Shown here: one piece after another, positions 1 to 9,945 of the stretch
Layout: every line of letters starts with the position of its first letter
Numbering within the stretch: the first letter of the stretch is position 1
Assembly (NCBI GenBank): GCA_964620445.1
Contig: CAZUHB010000013.1
Span: 5,077 to 69,076, forward strand
Direction of reading: 5' to 3'
Origin: an uncultured Phycisphaerales bacterium
GTDB taxonomy: Bacteria > Planctomycetota > B15-G4 > CAYZWU01
Length of the DNA stretch: 64,000 nt
Notes under the pieces: model-generated
The model's input: the letters and a program-made list of their open reading frames with translations, nothing else
Told to the model about the DNA's origin: nothing
The model's database searches: none
Translations under genes and position numbers: made by a program

Positions 1-1155
1 AAAAACACGATTTACCTCGACAATGCCGCCACAACCCCCCTCGATCCGGCTGTACTCGAGAAAATGATGCCCTGGCTGCGCGACCATTTCGCCAATCCGT
101 CCTCGGTTCACCCGCCTGGACAGCACGTGCGGCAGGCGATCGACGACGCGCGGGCTCGTATCGCCACCCATCTCGGGGTCTCACCGGCGGCCGTGATCTT
201 CACCTCGGGCGGGACTGAATCCAACAACCTGCTCATCCGCGGCCTGACCGCCGGCAGAAAAACGTCTCGGATCATCACCACCCGTCTCGAACACCCCTCG
301 GTGTCCGAGACGACGGCGCTTCTGGCCGCAAAAGGGTTCGACGTGGTTTCGGCCACGAACGATTCATCGGGCCGGATCGACCTGAACCACCTCGAGGACC
401 TGCTCCGAGAGGAGGAGACCGCCCTTCTTTGCGTGATCCACGGATCGAACGAGGTGGGCACGATCCAGGACGCTGCCGCGATCGGGCAGGTCGTGAGATC
501 GGCCAGTCCCCGGACATGGTTCCATCTCGATTCGGTCCAATCGATCGGGTGCGTGGATTTCGAACCCGCGCGATGGGGTGTCGATTCGTGCACCCTGTCG
601 GCCCACAAGCTCTTCGGCCCCAAGGGATCGGGGATCGTGGCGCTCTACCGGGAGGCGGAGATCGAGCCTCTCCTTGCCGGTGGCGGTCAGGAACGGAACC
701 GCCGGTCGGGCACCGAAAATCCGGCAGCCATCATCGGTGCTGCCGAGGCGCTCGACCGCGCCCTCCTTGCCAGGAGGGAGCGGACCGGGCGGACCGATGC
801 GCTCCGCTCCCGCCTGAAGGATTTCATCGAAAAGGAGATCACCGACATCCGGATCAACGGAAGCGACTCATCCTACCTGCCGCACATCCTGAGCGTCTCC
901 TTTGCGGGCCTCCTGGGCGAGGTTCTGCTCCACCATCTCGAGACGGAAGGCATCATGGTGTCGGCCGGCTCGGCGTGCCATGCGGCGGACTCCTCGATCT
1001 CGGAAGCGATCCTGGCACTGGGTGTTTCGAGCCGGATGGCGCGCGGCACGATCCGTTTTTCCTTCTCCCACCTGAATTCGGATGCCGAGATGGAGCGGAC
1101 CTGCGCGGTCCTGGCCGAACAGGTGGCTTATCTCAGGGAGGTGGGGATCCCATGA
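1..1155 (+). CDS. iscS: Cysteine desulfurase (class V aminotransferase, IscS/NifS-like); 5' end runs off the window start
   Basis: Translation from nt 1 reads IYLDNAATTPLD..., the typical IscS/NifS N-terminus, with the PLP-fold motif SAHKLFGPKGSGI. The stop overlaps the thiI start (ATGA). Confidence 0.85.
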   Translation, partial: KNTIYLDNAATTPLDPAVLEKMMPWLRDHFANPSSVHPPGQHVRQAIDDARARIATHLGVSPAAVIFTSGGTESNNLLIRGLTAGRKTSRIITTRLEHPSVSETTALLAAKGFDVVSATNDSSGRIDLNHLEDLLREEETALLCVIHGSNEVGTIQDAAAIGQVVRSASPRTWFHLDSVQSIGCVDFEPARWGVDSCTLSAHKLFGPKGSGIVALYREAEIEPLLAGGGQERNRRSGTENPAAIIGAAEALDRALLARRERTGRTDALRSRLKDFIEKEITDIRINGSDSSYLPHILSVSFAGLLGEVLLHHLETEGIMVSAGSACHAADSSISEAILALGVSSRMARGTIRFSFSHLNSDAEMERTCAVLAEQVAYLREVGIP

Positions 1156-2333
1156 CACCGGAACCGGTCATCGTGATCCGTTACTCGGAGATCGGCCTCA
1201 AGGGCCGCAACCGGCCCGAGTTCGAGAAAGCCCTCGTGTCCAACGTGAAACACGCGCTCCGCGGCCAGCAGCACGGTCCCGTGGAACGTCCCCATGGCCG
1301 GCTCGTCGTTCGCGATCCGGCCGACCCGGCGCGGGCCGCGGCCGCGATTGCGCAGGTCTTCGGCGTGGCGTCGGTCTCCCCGGGAATCTCGGTCGATGCC
1401 GATCTGGAAACGATTTTCCGCCACGCGCCCCGGCTCATCGAAGAGGCTCTGGCCCTTTTCGCCGGGAACGACGAGGTGCCCTTCCGGGTGACCTGCCAGC
1501 GGAGCCACAAGGCTTTCGAACACACCTCGATGGACGTGGCGTCCCGCCTCGGCGCCGAACTGCTGCAGTCATTCGGCCGGCTCAAGGTCGACCTCAACAA
1601 TCCCAGCCTCACTTTTGGCGTGGAGATCCGTCGGAGCGAGGCGCTCCTCTTCTCGCGCAGGATCGAGGGGCCGGGTGGCATGCCCGTGGGCTGCCTCGGC
1701 AGCGCGGTGACCCTTCTCTCGGGCGGAATCGATTCTCCGGTGGCGGCCTGGCTCGCCATGAAACGCGGCGCGCGCATGCTGTTCATCAACTACCACTCCT
1801 ATCCGTTCATCTCCGCCAGAAGCCTGACCAAGGTGGAAGAGCTCGTTCAGTGCCTCGCCCGCTTTCAGCGAGGTGCGGCGCTCTTCGTGGCGCCCTTTGC
1901 CGATATCCAGGTTGCCATAAAAAAGGCCTGCCCCGAACCGCTCCGCACCGTGCTCTACAGGCGGATGATGGTGCGGCTCGCAAACAGGCTCGCGACGCGC
2001 GAGGGCGCCCTCGCACTCGTCACCGGCGAGAGCCTCGGCCAGGTGGCGTCGCAAACCCTGGAGAACATCCGCTGCATCGGTGCCGTGGCCGACTATCCCG
2101 TGTTGAGCCCCCTGATCAGCTACGACAAGACAGAGATCATCGCTCTCGCCCGGCGGATCGGCACCTACGACATCTCGATCCAGCCCCATCCCGATTGCTG
2201 CACCGTGTTCCAGCCGCGCAAACCGAAAATCGCGGCCTCCATCGACGAGGTGGAAAGGGCGGAGACGGCCCTCGACGTGGAGAGCCTCGTATCGGCGGCG
2301 TTCGACGGTCTGGAAAAGAAGGTGTTCAGCTAG
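1152..2333 (+). CDS. thiI: tRNA 4-thiouridine(8) synthase ThiI
   Basis: MTPEPVIVIRYSEIGLKGRNR N-terminus (THUMP domain), a PP-loop SGGIDSPVAAW, and conserved C-terminal Cys (HPDCC). Only the C-terminal 393 aa of the 634-aa six-frame ORF is the real protein. Confidence 0.85.
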   Translation: MTPEPVIVIRYSEIGLKGRNRPEFEKALVSNVKHALRGQQHGPVERPHGRLVVRDPADPARAAAAIAQVFGVASVSPGISVDADLETIFRHAPRLIEEALALFAGNDEVPFRVTCQRSHKAFEHTSMDVASRLGAELLQSFGRLKVDLNNPSLTFGVEIRRSEALLFSRRIEGPGGMPVGCLGSAVTLLSGGIDSPVAAWLAMKRGARMLFINYHSYPFISARSLTKVEELVQCLARFQRGAALFVAPFADIQVAIKKACPEPLRTVLYRRMMVRLANRLATREGALALVTGESLGQVASQTLENIRCIGAVADYPVLSPLISYDKTEIIALARRIGTYDISIQPHPDCCTVFQPRKPKIAASIDEVERAETALDVESLVSAAFDGLEKKVFS

Positions 2334-2336
2334 AAA

Positions 2337-2371
2337 GGGGCTCAGTGCGCGATACCCGCGACCGGAGCCCC
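2337..2371. terminator. Possible bidirectional terminator hairpin between convergent thiI and the M28 peptidase gene
   Basis: GGGGCTC...GAGCCCC inverted repeat (7-bp stem, long loop) directly after the thiI stop; weak. Confidence 0.25.
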
Positions 2372-2389
2372 CCCTCTTCGCGGATCGGA

Positions 2390-3586
2390 TCACCGGGCAA
2401 AGGTGTGGCTGTCTTTCTCGTTGGCGAGAACCTTCACGAGGCGGTAGGCGAAACGGGCGGTCTTTTCGAGCTGGTCTCGATCGAGACTTTCGGGGCTGTC
2501 CTTTTCCGTGCCGTGGTCATCCTTCGGCCCGGTCGTGATCCAGAGCGACGGAATCCTCTTCCGTACGAAACAGATCGACTCGGTCGTTCTCCCGATGCCC
2601 TGCCGCTTGATTTCGTCGAAGGAAATGATCGACACCTCGAGCGCGCCGCCCCGGCACGCTTTCTCGACGGTTTTTTTTAGCCCCTCGCCGGTTTCGGTTC
2701 CCACCACCGCCAGGTCGCGAGGGTGCGCCCGGTCCCGGTCCTCTCGGGGGGCGCCGCGGACAGCCTCCTCCCCGTTCCGGCCGGTGCCTGTCTCGAGGGA
2801 AGATTTTCTACCCACCATGTTCAGATCGACGACGGCATGGATCTTTTTCAGGGGGAAGGGGCTTTCGGCGATCAGTGCTTCGGCCCCGGCCAGTCCCGGC
2901 ATGCGGATCAGATCCGATTCGAGAAAGAGATCCCACTCACCCGAGGTGACGAGGTACTTGAGCACCCAGTTGTCGATCCGTTCGTAGATGGCGCCATCCT
3001 CGGCGGCGCGCATGAAGATCCCCTCCTCGCCGGCAGGCAGGGCGAGAAAAAGAACGGTGCGGTAGACACCGCCCGGGCGGCGGGCCAGGGCTTTGGCCAC
3101 CTCGAGCATGACGGCGACGCCCGACGCGTTGCGGTCAGCGCCGGGATAGACCATTTTCCGACCGTCCCGTCCCTGGCCGTCGTAGCGGGCGACGACCAGA
3201 ACGAGTTCCTCCTTCACGTCCGCCTTGCGCCCCTCGATGCGGGCCATCACGACGGGGCATCGTCTTTCGGTGAGGCCCGCCGGATTCATCTCGTAGACCA
3301 GTTCTTCCCCCTCGGGATTGATATCCTTTTCGAGAACGTCGAGCACCACGTTCAGGGAATGAAGGTAGCCCGTCTCGCCGGCCGCCTCGAGCCCGGCCCG
3401 CTCGAAAGAGGCGGCGATCATTTCCGCAGCCCGGTGAGAACCGACGTTGAGCGCCATACGCCCGTTCAGGGATCGATCGCAGAGGGCATTCACATGGCCG
3501 AGAATTTCTTCACCGGTGATCTTCCGCTCCGCCGAATCGGCTGGAACGAAGAGGATCGCGAACAGCAGGAGAACGGTCGTCGTCAT
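2390..3586 (-). CDS. M28-family zinc peptidase (aminopeptidase), secreted
   Basis: Signal peptide MTTTVLLLFAILFVPA followed by an M28 peptidase fold (metal-binding region around DLNMVG). ATG at 3586. Confidence 0.7.
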   Translation of the reverse strand: MTTTVLLLFAILFVPADSAERKITGEEILGHVNALCDRSLNGRMALNVGSHRAAEMIAASFERAGLEAAGETGYLHSLNVVLDVLEKDINPEGEELVYEMNPAGLTERRCPVVMARIEGRKADVKEELVLVVARYDGQGRDGRKMVYPGADRNASGVAVMLEVAKALARRPGGVYRTVLFLALPAGEEGIFMRAAEDGAIYERIDNWVLKYLVTSGEWDLFLESDLIRMPGLAGAEALIAESPFPLKKIHAVVDLNMVGRKSSLETGTGRNGEEAVRGAPREDRDRAHPRDLAVVGTETGEGLKKTVEKACRGGALEVSIISFDEIKRQGIGRTTESICFVRKRIPSLWITTGPKDDHGTEKDSPESLDRDQLEKTARFAYRLVKVLANEKDSHTFAR

Positions 3587-3596
3587 CGCATGTTCC

Positions 3597-5570
3597 TCAT
3601 GCACGAGGAAGTCCTGATTCTTCTCTGGCACCAGATAGTTCTGCAAACTTGGAGAGGTAACGATTGACGACCTTGCAGAACGAAGCATGAGACCAGGTCA
3701 GGGGCGAGACCGACAGGGGTTCGGATGTGTAGGGATTGTACTGCTCGGCCAGCAATCCGGCCGACGATTTCCTCTCCACCACCCAGCGCAGGATCTCCTT
3801 GACCTTGTCGAGATCCTCGAGACATGCGGCCGACTCCGCCGCGTGGTGGCCGAGCCAGAGGGTGCAGATGACCCATGGGTTGCCGGGCACCGCGGCGATG
3901 TCCTGCGACACCTGGTGGTAATGATCGTCCTCGTAGCGCGCCATGCCGCCCACATCGGTGCGCACCCAGAGCCGATCCCTCACGGCCTCCATGGTGCTCA
4001 CCACGCGGGGATCGTCTGCGGGCAGCATGCCGAAAGCGAACACGCCGTAGACGGAACTCTCCACAGTGTCGTCCTCGATGATGTCTCCAGAGGGATCGAC
4101 GTTGATCATGCGCAGAAAACGCCCGCGCTCCTCGCTGTAGAGATAGGTGAGCGCCGCCGATTCGATCTCCTCGGCAGCGGTCTTGAACCGCCGCGCTTCC
4201 TGGGAATTCCCCAGAACGGTGGCCATCTTGGCGGCGGCCACGAGCCCGCCGTATACCGCCGCCACCGTGAAGGTGCAGATACCCATCCGCTCCTCCCAGA
4301 GGTCGTAGGAAGGAGCGGGCAGGCGGGTCCATGGATCGCGGTACTCGACCATGAAGTCGGCGCACTTCCGGACGAAATTGTGATAGCACTCATCGAGAAA
4401 CTCTATATCGCGATAGGTTTCGTAGTGGTGGTTCAGCGCCCAGAGCACCAGTCCCGTTTCGTCTTCCTGGATCGGGATCTGGCTCCTCTCGTTCAGGTAC
4501 CAGGGATGCCAGCTCGACGCGAGCGTTCCGTCGGGGCTGTACTTGTGCAGGAAGTAGGGGAACTTGCTGATGATCCGATTGCAGAACTGAAAGAAGCGCT
4601 TCGTGATCTCCCGGTATCCGGCCAGGTCGAGAGAATACGCCACGAGAGCACCGTCACGCGGCCAGAGGTAGGAGTAGTGGTCGCGGTTGAACTTGAGATA
4701 GTCGGTGTCATTGGCGGCGAGAATCGCGCCGCGGTTGTCTATCTGCGTTCGGATCACGAGGAGCGATCTCTTGTAGAGATCGACGATATCGGGATCGAGA
4801 TCGTAGAAATACTTGAGCTCCTTGTTGACCCACGAAACCTGGTAGATGTATGTCTCTTCCATCAGGTGCTCGACGCCCTCGTCCTTGACGTTCTTGTCGA
4901 GCTCCTCCACCTCCTCGAGACTGCGGCCCGCGGCCAGCCAGCAGCTCGCCCACTGGGTCTGCTCGGCCTCGACGAAAACGCGCAGCGACAGGGCCGAATC
5001 GACATGCCCCTGGGTGATCGGCACCATCTGGAGCTGGCCGTCCTCCATGTCGCGCCAGGAGTCCTTCTTGCCCGTCTGGAACTGGTAGATTCCTTCCTTC
5101 TCCGTCTTGAGATTGACGAGGATGTAGATATCGCGCTTGTAGTGGATCATGGCCTGCAGGTTCGGATTGTAGTAGGCCGTGTCTCCTATGTCCGATTCGA
5201 GGATCCGGAAATCGTGGTAGAAGAAAAGCCGGATCTCGCGCGCCGTGTTTTTCAGATTTTCTATGCCGATGCGATTGAGGAAGATGTTCCGGTACTTGTG
5301 CACGCAGCCATGCATGCGCAGCCGGATGCCGAGCTCGTGATTGACGAGCCTCACGCGGGTGACATTCGTGTCCTTGAAATACTCGAGCCGCCTCTCCCAG
5401 CTCGAATCGATCCAGCGAAAGTCGCCGTCCGCCCAGATGGCGAGACCATTCCGAAAGCCGTTGATATGGTTGTAGAGCCCCACGTGCGGGAAATAGAGAT
5501 CGCGCATGTTGAAATCATGATCGTAGTTGATCAGAAGATTTCCGTTGCCCAGGACGAGATCTCGCGGCAT
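3597..5570 (-). CDS. Glycoside hydrolase family 15 (glucoamylase / glucodextranase-like)
   Basis: MPRDLVLGNGNLLINYD N-terminus and an (alpha/alpha)6 GH15 catalytic region (WPRDGALVAYSL, LWEERMG). An alternative GTG start at 5624 has poor RBS spacing. Confidence 0.75.
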   Translation of the reverse strand: MPRDLVLGNGNLLINYDHDFNMRDLYFPHVGLYNHINGFRNGLAIWADGDFRWIDSSWERRLEYFKDTNVTRVRLVNHELGIRLRMHGCVHKYRNIFLNRIGIENLKNTAREIRLFFYHDFRILESDIGDTAYYNPNLQAMIHYKRDIYILVNLKTEKEGIYQFQTGKKDSWRDMEDGQLQMVPITQGHVDSALSLRVFVEAEQTQWASCWLAAGRSLEEVEELDKNVKDEGVEHLMEETYIYQVSWVNKELKYFYDLDPDIVDLYKRSLLVIRTQIDNRGAILAANDTDYLKFNRDHYSYLWPRDGALVAYSLDLAGYREITKRFFQFCNRIISKFPYFLHKYSPDGTLASSWHPWYLNERSQIPIQEDETGLVLWALNHHYETYRDIEFLDECYHNFVRKCADFMVEYRDPWTRLPAPSYDLWEERMGICTFTVAAVYGGLVAAAKMATVLGNSQEARRFKTAAEEIESAALTYLYSEERGRFLRMINVDPSGDIIEDDTVESSVYGVFAFGMLPADDPRVVSTMEAVRDRLWVRTDVGGMARYEDDHYHQVSQDIAAVPGNPWVICTLWLGHHAAESAACLEDLDKVKEILRWVVERKSSAGLLAEQYNPYTSEPLSVSPLTWSHASFCKVVNRYLSKFAELSGAREESGLPRA

Positions 5571-5804
5571 GCCATTCCTTTCGGCCAAAGCTCTCAATGA
5601 TTCCAGCAGGCTCGGGGCTGCCACAACCCCTCAGAAATTGCATAATTATCAGGCTGAATCGAGCGGGTCAAGCAACGAAATCTCCGAGAATCCCTCCCGG
5701 GGAGGCGAGCAACTTTTGAGGGCGGCTTGCATTTCGTGCGGCGCGGTATTAAAGATTGAGCAGTAGAGTAACGAAGATCTCCTCTTTCGCGGAAGGAATA
5801 TCGG

Positions 5805-7097
5805 GTGAAAATTCTCATGTTCGGTTGGGAGTTCCCGCCTCGCATGACCGGAGGGCTCGGAACGGCGTGCCACGGACTGGTCAAGAGTCTCGTTGCACAG
5901 GGCGTTGACGTGAGCTTTGTCATTCCGAGCCGCGACGTCGAGGATCCCGATGATGACGGGACCGAGTCAGCGGTCTCGGCGGAGAGCAACGGCTTTCCCG
6001 AAACAGGAACCGTTCGGAGAGGGCTCTTCCGCTTGACACGGGTGCCGCCAAGCCTGAATCCTTACGCGGGCGGTCCGAAACCGATCATCCTCTCCAATGG
6101 AGATACACTGTTCCAGGAAGGCTACGATCAGGATCTCTACGGCGGCGACCTCCTCGCGGCGGTGGACAAGCTCGCCCTCCAGGCACGGACGATCGCGGCG
6201 AAACAGAATTTCGACGTGATCCACGCTCACGATTGGATGACCTTTCCCGCGGGCCTCGCCGCCCGCGAGGTGTCGGGAAAACCTCTGGTCATCCATCTCC
6301 ACTCGATCGAGTACGACCGCTGCCTCGACAGGGTCTGGCCGCCGGTTGTGGACATCGAACGGCGGGGACTCGTCGGAGCGGACCGTATCATCACCGTCTC
6401 GGCACGCAGCAAGTGGATGGTCGTGGACAAGTACGGCGTCGCGCCGGAAAAGATCACCGTCATCCACAACGGCCTGAATCGGGAGCATCTGGGCAGGCTC
6501 GAGAACGCCAAACCGATCTCCCTGCCGCCGCGCACCAAGGGCGGTCTCGTTCTATTTCTCGGCCGCATCACACCTCAGAAAGGCCCGAATCACTTCGTGG
6601 AAGCGGCCGCCAAGGTCCTGCAAGCCGAACCGCACACCGTGTTCCTTCTTGCCGGATCGGGCGACATGGTCCCCGCCCTGGTGGAGCGGACAGCCGAACT
6701 GGGCATCTCGCAGAACGTGCTCTTCACCGGATTCCTCGAAGGCGATCAGGTCCTCTGGGTGCTCGACGCCGCCGATGTTTTCGTCATGCCCTCTGTTTCG
6801 GATCCCTTCGGGATCTCCTGCCTGGAGGCGATGTACGCCAGCACTCCGGTGGTCGTATCGAACCAGTCGGGAATCTCCGAGGTCGTGAGCAACGTGATGA
6901 AAGTCGACTACTGGGACGTGGACGCGATCGCCGATGGCGTCGTGCGCCTTCTGCGCGATCCGCAGTACGCCTCCGAAATGGCGGGACGCGGTGCGGCCGA
7001 GGCGCGCACCATCACATGGGATCACCCTGCTTCGCGGTGCAAGGCGGTCTACAGGGAAGTGCTGTCCGAGTCCGGCCGCTTTCCGAACCCCGAGTAG
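5805..7097 (+). CDS. Glycogen-synthase-like glycosyltransferase (GT4/GT5 clan, archaeal-type N-terminus)
   Basis: GTG start with GGAAGGAA RBS. MKILMFGWEFPPRMTGGLG resembles archaeal/Thermotoga-type glycogen synthase N-termini, and the C-terminal half is GT-B. Confidence 0.7.
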   Translation: MKILMFGWEFPPRMTGGLGTACHGLVKSLVAQGVDVSFVIPSRDVEDPDDDGTESAVSAESNGFPETGTVRRGLFRLTRVPPSLNPYAGGPKPIILSNGDTLFQEGYDQDLYGGDLLAAVDKLALQARTIAAKQNFDVIHAHDWMTFPAGLAAREVSGKPLVIHLHSIEYDRCLDRVWPPVVDIERRGLVGADRIITVSARSKWMVVDKYGVAPEKITVIHNGLNREHLGRLENAKPISLPPRTKGGLVLFLGRITPQKGPNHFVEAAAKVLQAEPHTVFLLAGSGDMVPALVERTAELGISQNVLFTGFLEGDQVLWVLDAADVFVMPSVSDPFGISCLEAMYASTPVVVSNQSGISEVVSNVMKVDYWDVDAIADGVVRLLRDPQYASEMAGRGAAEARTITWDHPASRCKAVYREVLSESGRFPNPE

Positions 7098-7120
7098 GTC
7101 CCGACGTCGAGGATCGAAAG

Positions 7121-8293
7121 ATGGCCGATACGGTCTGCTTCTATTTCCAGGTACACCAACCCTTCCGGATCCGGCCCTTCGGATACCTCGATCACGGCAC
7201 GACCTACTTCGACGACGAACTCAACCGTTCTCACCTCTTGAGGGCGGTCAAGAAATGCTACCTCCCTGCCAATCGCCTCATGAGCCGACTTGCCGACCGC
7301 TTCGGGGACCGCTTCCGCGTCGGATACAGCATCTCCGGCGCGGCGCTCGAACAGCTTGCCGCCGACGCGCCCGAGGCGATCGAATCGTTCGCCGCCCTCG
7401 GCGCTTCGGGTGTGGCCGAATTTCTGGGCGAGACCGATTCCCATTCCCTCGCGTTCGTCTTCTCGCCCGACGAGTTCGGCGAGCAGATCGCGACCCATCG
7501 CCGGAGAACGCGGCAGCTTTTTGGCGTCGCGCCGAGGAGCTTTCGCAACACCGAATTGATCTATCGGGACGATCTCGCCCCGATCGTCGGCCGTCTCGGG
7601 TACGAGTCGGTTCTCGTCGAGGGTCTAGGTCGCCTGCTCGAGGGGAAATCGTGCCATCGCGCCTACTGGTCGGCGGGGAAGGAGGTGCGCCTGCTCCTCA
7701 AGGACTATCGCTTCTCGGACGACATCGCGTTCCGTTTCGCCGACCGGAGCTGGATCGGCTGGCCTCTCGAGCCGATCCCCTTTGCCGAAAGCCTCCGCCG
7801 GGCGCCGGGCGATTGTGTCAATCTGTTCATGGACTACGAGACCTTTGGAGAGCATCTTCTCGCCGAAACGGGAATTTTCGCCTTTTTCGAGGAGATGGCG
7901 GCCGCCTACCTCGCGATCGACGGGACGCGGATCAGCAGTCCCGGCGACGTGGCGGACAGGTTCGAGCCGAAAGACACTTACAGGGTGCGCGAGTACCTGT
8001 CATGGGCCGACGAGGCGCGCGACCTCTCGGCGTGGCTCGGCAATCCGATGCAGCAGAACGCGGCAAGGGCTCTCTATGACCTGGAGGCGGGAATCAAGGC
8101 TTCGGGGGATCCGCTTCTCTTGCGCGACTGGCGCAGGCTCACCGCGTCGGACCACCTCTACTACATGTCGACCAAGGGAGCGGCAGACGGTGTGGTTCAC
8201 GATTACTTCAGCCCCCACCCCACCCCTCACGACACCTTCGCGTCGTTCATGAACATCCTTCACGATCTGGAGACGCGGATCGCCGGCAGCTGA
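7121..8293 (+). CDS. Glycoside hydrolase family 57 protein (alpha-amylase / 4-alpha-glucanotransferase-like), short form
   Basis: MADTVCFYFQVHQPFR is the GH57 signature N-terminus. Only the C-terminal 390 aa of the 686-aa six-frame ORF is real. Confidence 0.8.
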   Translation: MADTVCFYFQVHQPFRIRPFGYLDHGTTYFDDELNRSHLLRAVKKCYLPANRLMSRLADRFGDRFRVGYSISGAALEQLAADAPEAIESFAALGASGVAEFLGETDSHSLAFVFSPDEFGEQIATHRRRTRQLFGVAPRSFRNTELIYRDDLAPIVGRLGYESVLVEGLGRLLEGKSCHRAYWSAGKEVRLLLKDYRFSDDIAFRFADRSWIGWPLEPIPFAESLRRAPGDCVNLFMDYETFGEHLLAETGIFAFFEEMAAAYLAIDGTRISSPGDVADRFEPKDTYRVREYLSWADEARDLSAWLGNPMQQNAARALYDLEAGIKASGDPLLLRDWRRLTASDHLYYMSTKGAADGVVHDYFSPHPTPHDTFASFMNILHDLETRIAGS

Positions 8294-8324
8294 CGGGCCG
8301 GAGGTGAGAGGCCTTGCGAGCGGA

Positions 8325-8831
8325 CTATTTCAACACTTCGGGGACGGTGGATTTGAGGTCCTCCGCTTCCCTGAAGCGCTTGTAGAACTCGTCCGACGGG
8401 CCGTACTCCTTGACCTGGATCTCGATCTTCTTCAAGATCGTCTCGCACGTCTTGTAGTCCCAACCGTACTCGTCCCAGTAGGAGCTCAGCTCCGGGTCGC
8501 TCACACCGTAACCGTCGCGGTTCGCCTCCTGGTCGATCCTGACGATGACGAGATAGGATTCGTCGTCGCGCTCGATCTTGGCCTCGAGCTGCCGCCTGAT
8601 CGGAAAACGCCCCACATCGGTGATCTTGTTGTAGTTCCACGAGGAGACGATCGTGCCCAGATGCGGATCGGCCTCGGAGATCCTGAACCCCTCCCGATCG
8701 ATGACGTGACAGGTCAGCTGATACAGATCGGAATAGCTCACATCTTCGACGCGGAGTTCCATCCAGTGGGAACCGCAACCGACGCAGCCCAGGGCGAGCA
8801 GGATCGTGAAAAACAAGAGAGGTCTGATCAT
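8325..8831 (-). CDS. Hypothetical lipoprotein
   Basis: Signal peptide with lipobox LALGC; acidic/aromatic mature protein with no recognisable domain. Confidence 0.55.
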   Translation of the reverse strand: MIRPLLFFTILLALGCVGCGSHWMELRVEDVSYSDLYQLTCHVIDREGFRISEADPHLGTIVSSWNYNKITDVGRFPIRRQLEAKIERDDESYLVIVRIDQEANRDGYGVSDPELSSYWDEYGWDYKTCETILKKIEIQVKEYGPSDEFYKRFREAEDLKSTVPEVLK

Positions 8832-9014
8832 GAACTTGTCCTCATTTTTTTATTTCGCTCGGTGCTCCCGCGAAGCAGCGTTCTTTGGAGCAGTCTGCAA
8901 TCGATCCTGTGTATCAATTCAGGCGATTCCTGTCAATGTTCAGCGGGTCGTCCCTCGGGGAATGCGCCTTGTGTCGAAGGCGACAGCTCTTATAATCTCG
9001 GACGATCGAAGGTA

Positions 9015-9920
9015 ATGAGTCCTCTTCCGAAGGCGCAAGTCATGAACATCATCTCGGCATCGCGCCGGACCGATATCCCCGCCTGGTACGGCGAATGGTT
9101 CAGCAATCGGCTGCGCGAGGGTTATGCGGTCTATCGCAATCCCTTCGGAGGCCAGAATCATCGGGTGAGCATCCTGCCCGAGGATGTGATCGCTTTCGTT
9201 TTCTGGACGCGTAACGCCTCGCCTTTCGTTCCTGTGCTCGACAAGCAGGTGCGACGCCGCTACCGGTCGGTCGTCCTCTACACCGTCAACGGATACGGTC
9301 CTCCTTTCGAACCGCCCGCTCACGATCGGGCCGACGTTCTCGCCGGATTCGAAAGGGTATCGGACCTGCTGGGACCCGACGCCGTTCGTTGGCGCTACGA
9401 TCCGATCCTCCTCTCCGACAGGATGAACCGCGACGCCCACCTGCGCGCCTTCGAGAACCTGGCCCGCAGACTGGAGGGAAAGACCCATCTCTGCCACACG
9501 AGCTTTGTTCAGTTCTATCGGAAAACAAGCCGCACTCTGAGCCGTCTCGCAAAGGAGACGAACGACGTCTGTCGCGATCCGACGGATGACGAAAAGATCG
9601 CCCTGGCGAGGGACCTGAAAGACCTGGCCGCATCCCGCGGGATCGAGCTCGTGAGCTGCTCGGCGGTTCTTCTCGACGAGGCGGGGATCGAGAGGGGACG
9701 GTGCGTCGATCCCGATCTGATCGCCAGGCTGCGGCCCGATCTCCCCGGGATGAAACTCAAAACGCGCCCCACCCGGGAAGGCTGCCGTTGCGCGGCGAGC
9801 AGGGATATCGGCGCCTACAACACCTGCCAGGCAGGGTGTGTCTACTGTTACGCCACCGACGATTCGCGCCGAGCGCGACGCGCTCTCGAAAACCACGATC
9901 CCGAGGCGAAAAGTCTCTGA
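9015..9920 (+). CDS. DUF1848-family protein
   Basis: RTDIPAWYGEWF motif and a C-terminal Cys cluster CRC...CQAGCVYC; the real start lies inside the longer six-frame ORF. Confidence 0.65.
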   Translation: MSPLPKAQVMNIISASRRTDIPAWYGEWFSNRLREGYAVYRNPFGGQNHRVSILPEDVIAFVFWTRNASPFVPVLDKQVRRRYRSVVLYTVNGYGPPFEPPAHDRADVLAGFERVSDLLGPDAVRWRYDPILLSDRMNRDAHLRAFENLARRLEGKTHLCHTSFVQFYRKTSRTLSRLAKETNDVCRDPTDDEKIALARDLKDLAASRGIELVSCSAVLLDEAGIERGRCVDPDLIARLRPDLPGMKLKTRPTREGCRCAASRDIGAYNTCQAGCVYCYATDDSRRARRALENHDPEAKSL

Positions 9921-9945
9921 ACCGGCCGGCTCGGAAAGGGAGCGT

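Noticed and set aside
429-2333. 634-aa six-frame ORF
   Set aside because: Its first 240 codons run in an alternate frame through the cysteine desulfurase gene, a GC-rich frame artefact. Only the ThiI portion from 1152 is real.
3687-5600. 637-aa plus-strand ORF
   Set aside because: Antisense to the GH15 gene; low-complexity Val/Leu/Asp-rich translation typical of the GC-rich reverse frame.
6233-8293. 686-aa ORF spanning the GT and GH57 genes
   Set aside because: The N-terminal two-thirds is an Arg/Pro/Gly-rich alternate-frame translation of the glycogen-synthase-like gene. The genuine GH57 starts at 7121 (MADTVCFYFQVHQPFR).
8304-9920. 538-aa ORF
   Set aside because: The upstream part is antisense to the lipoprotein gene. 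The DUF1848 protein starts at 9015.
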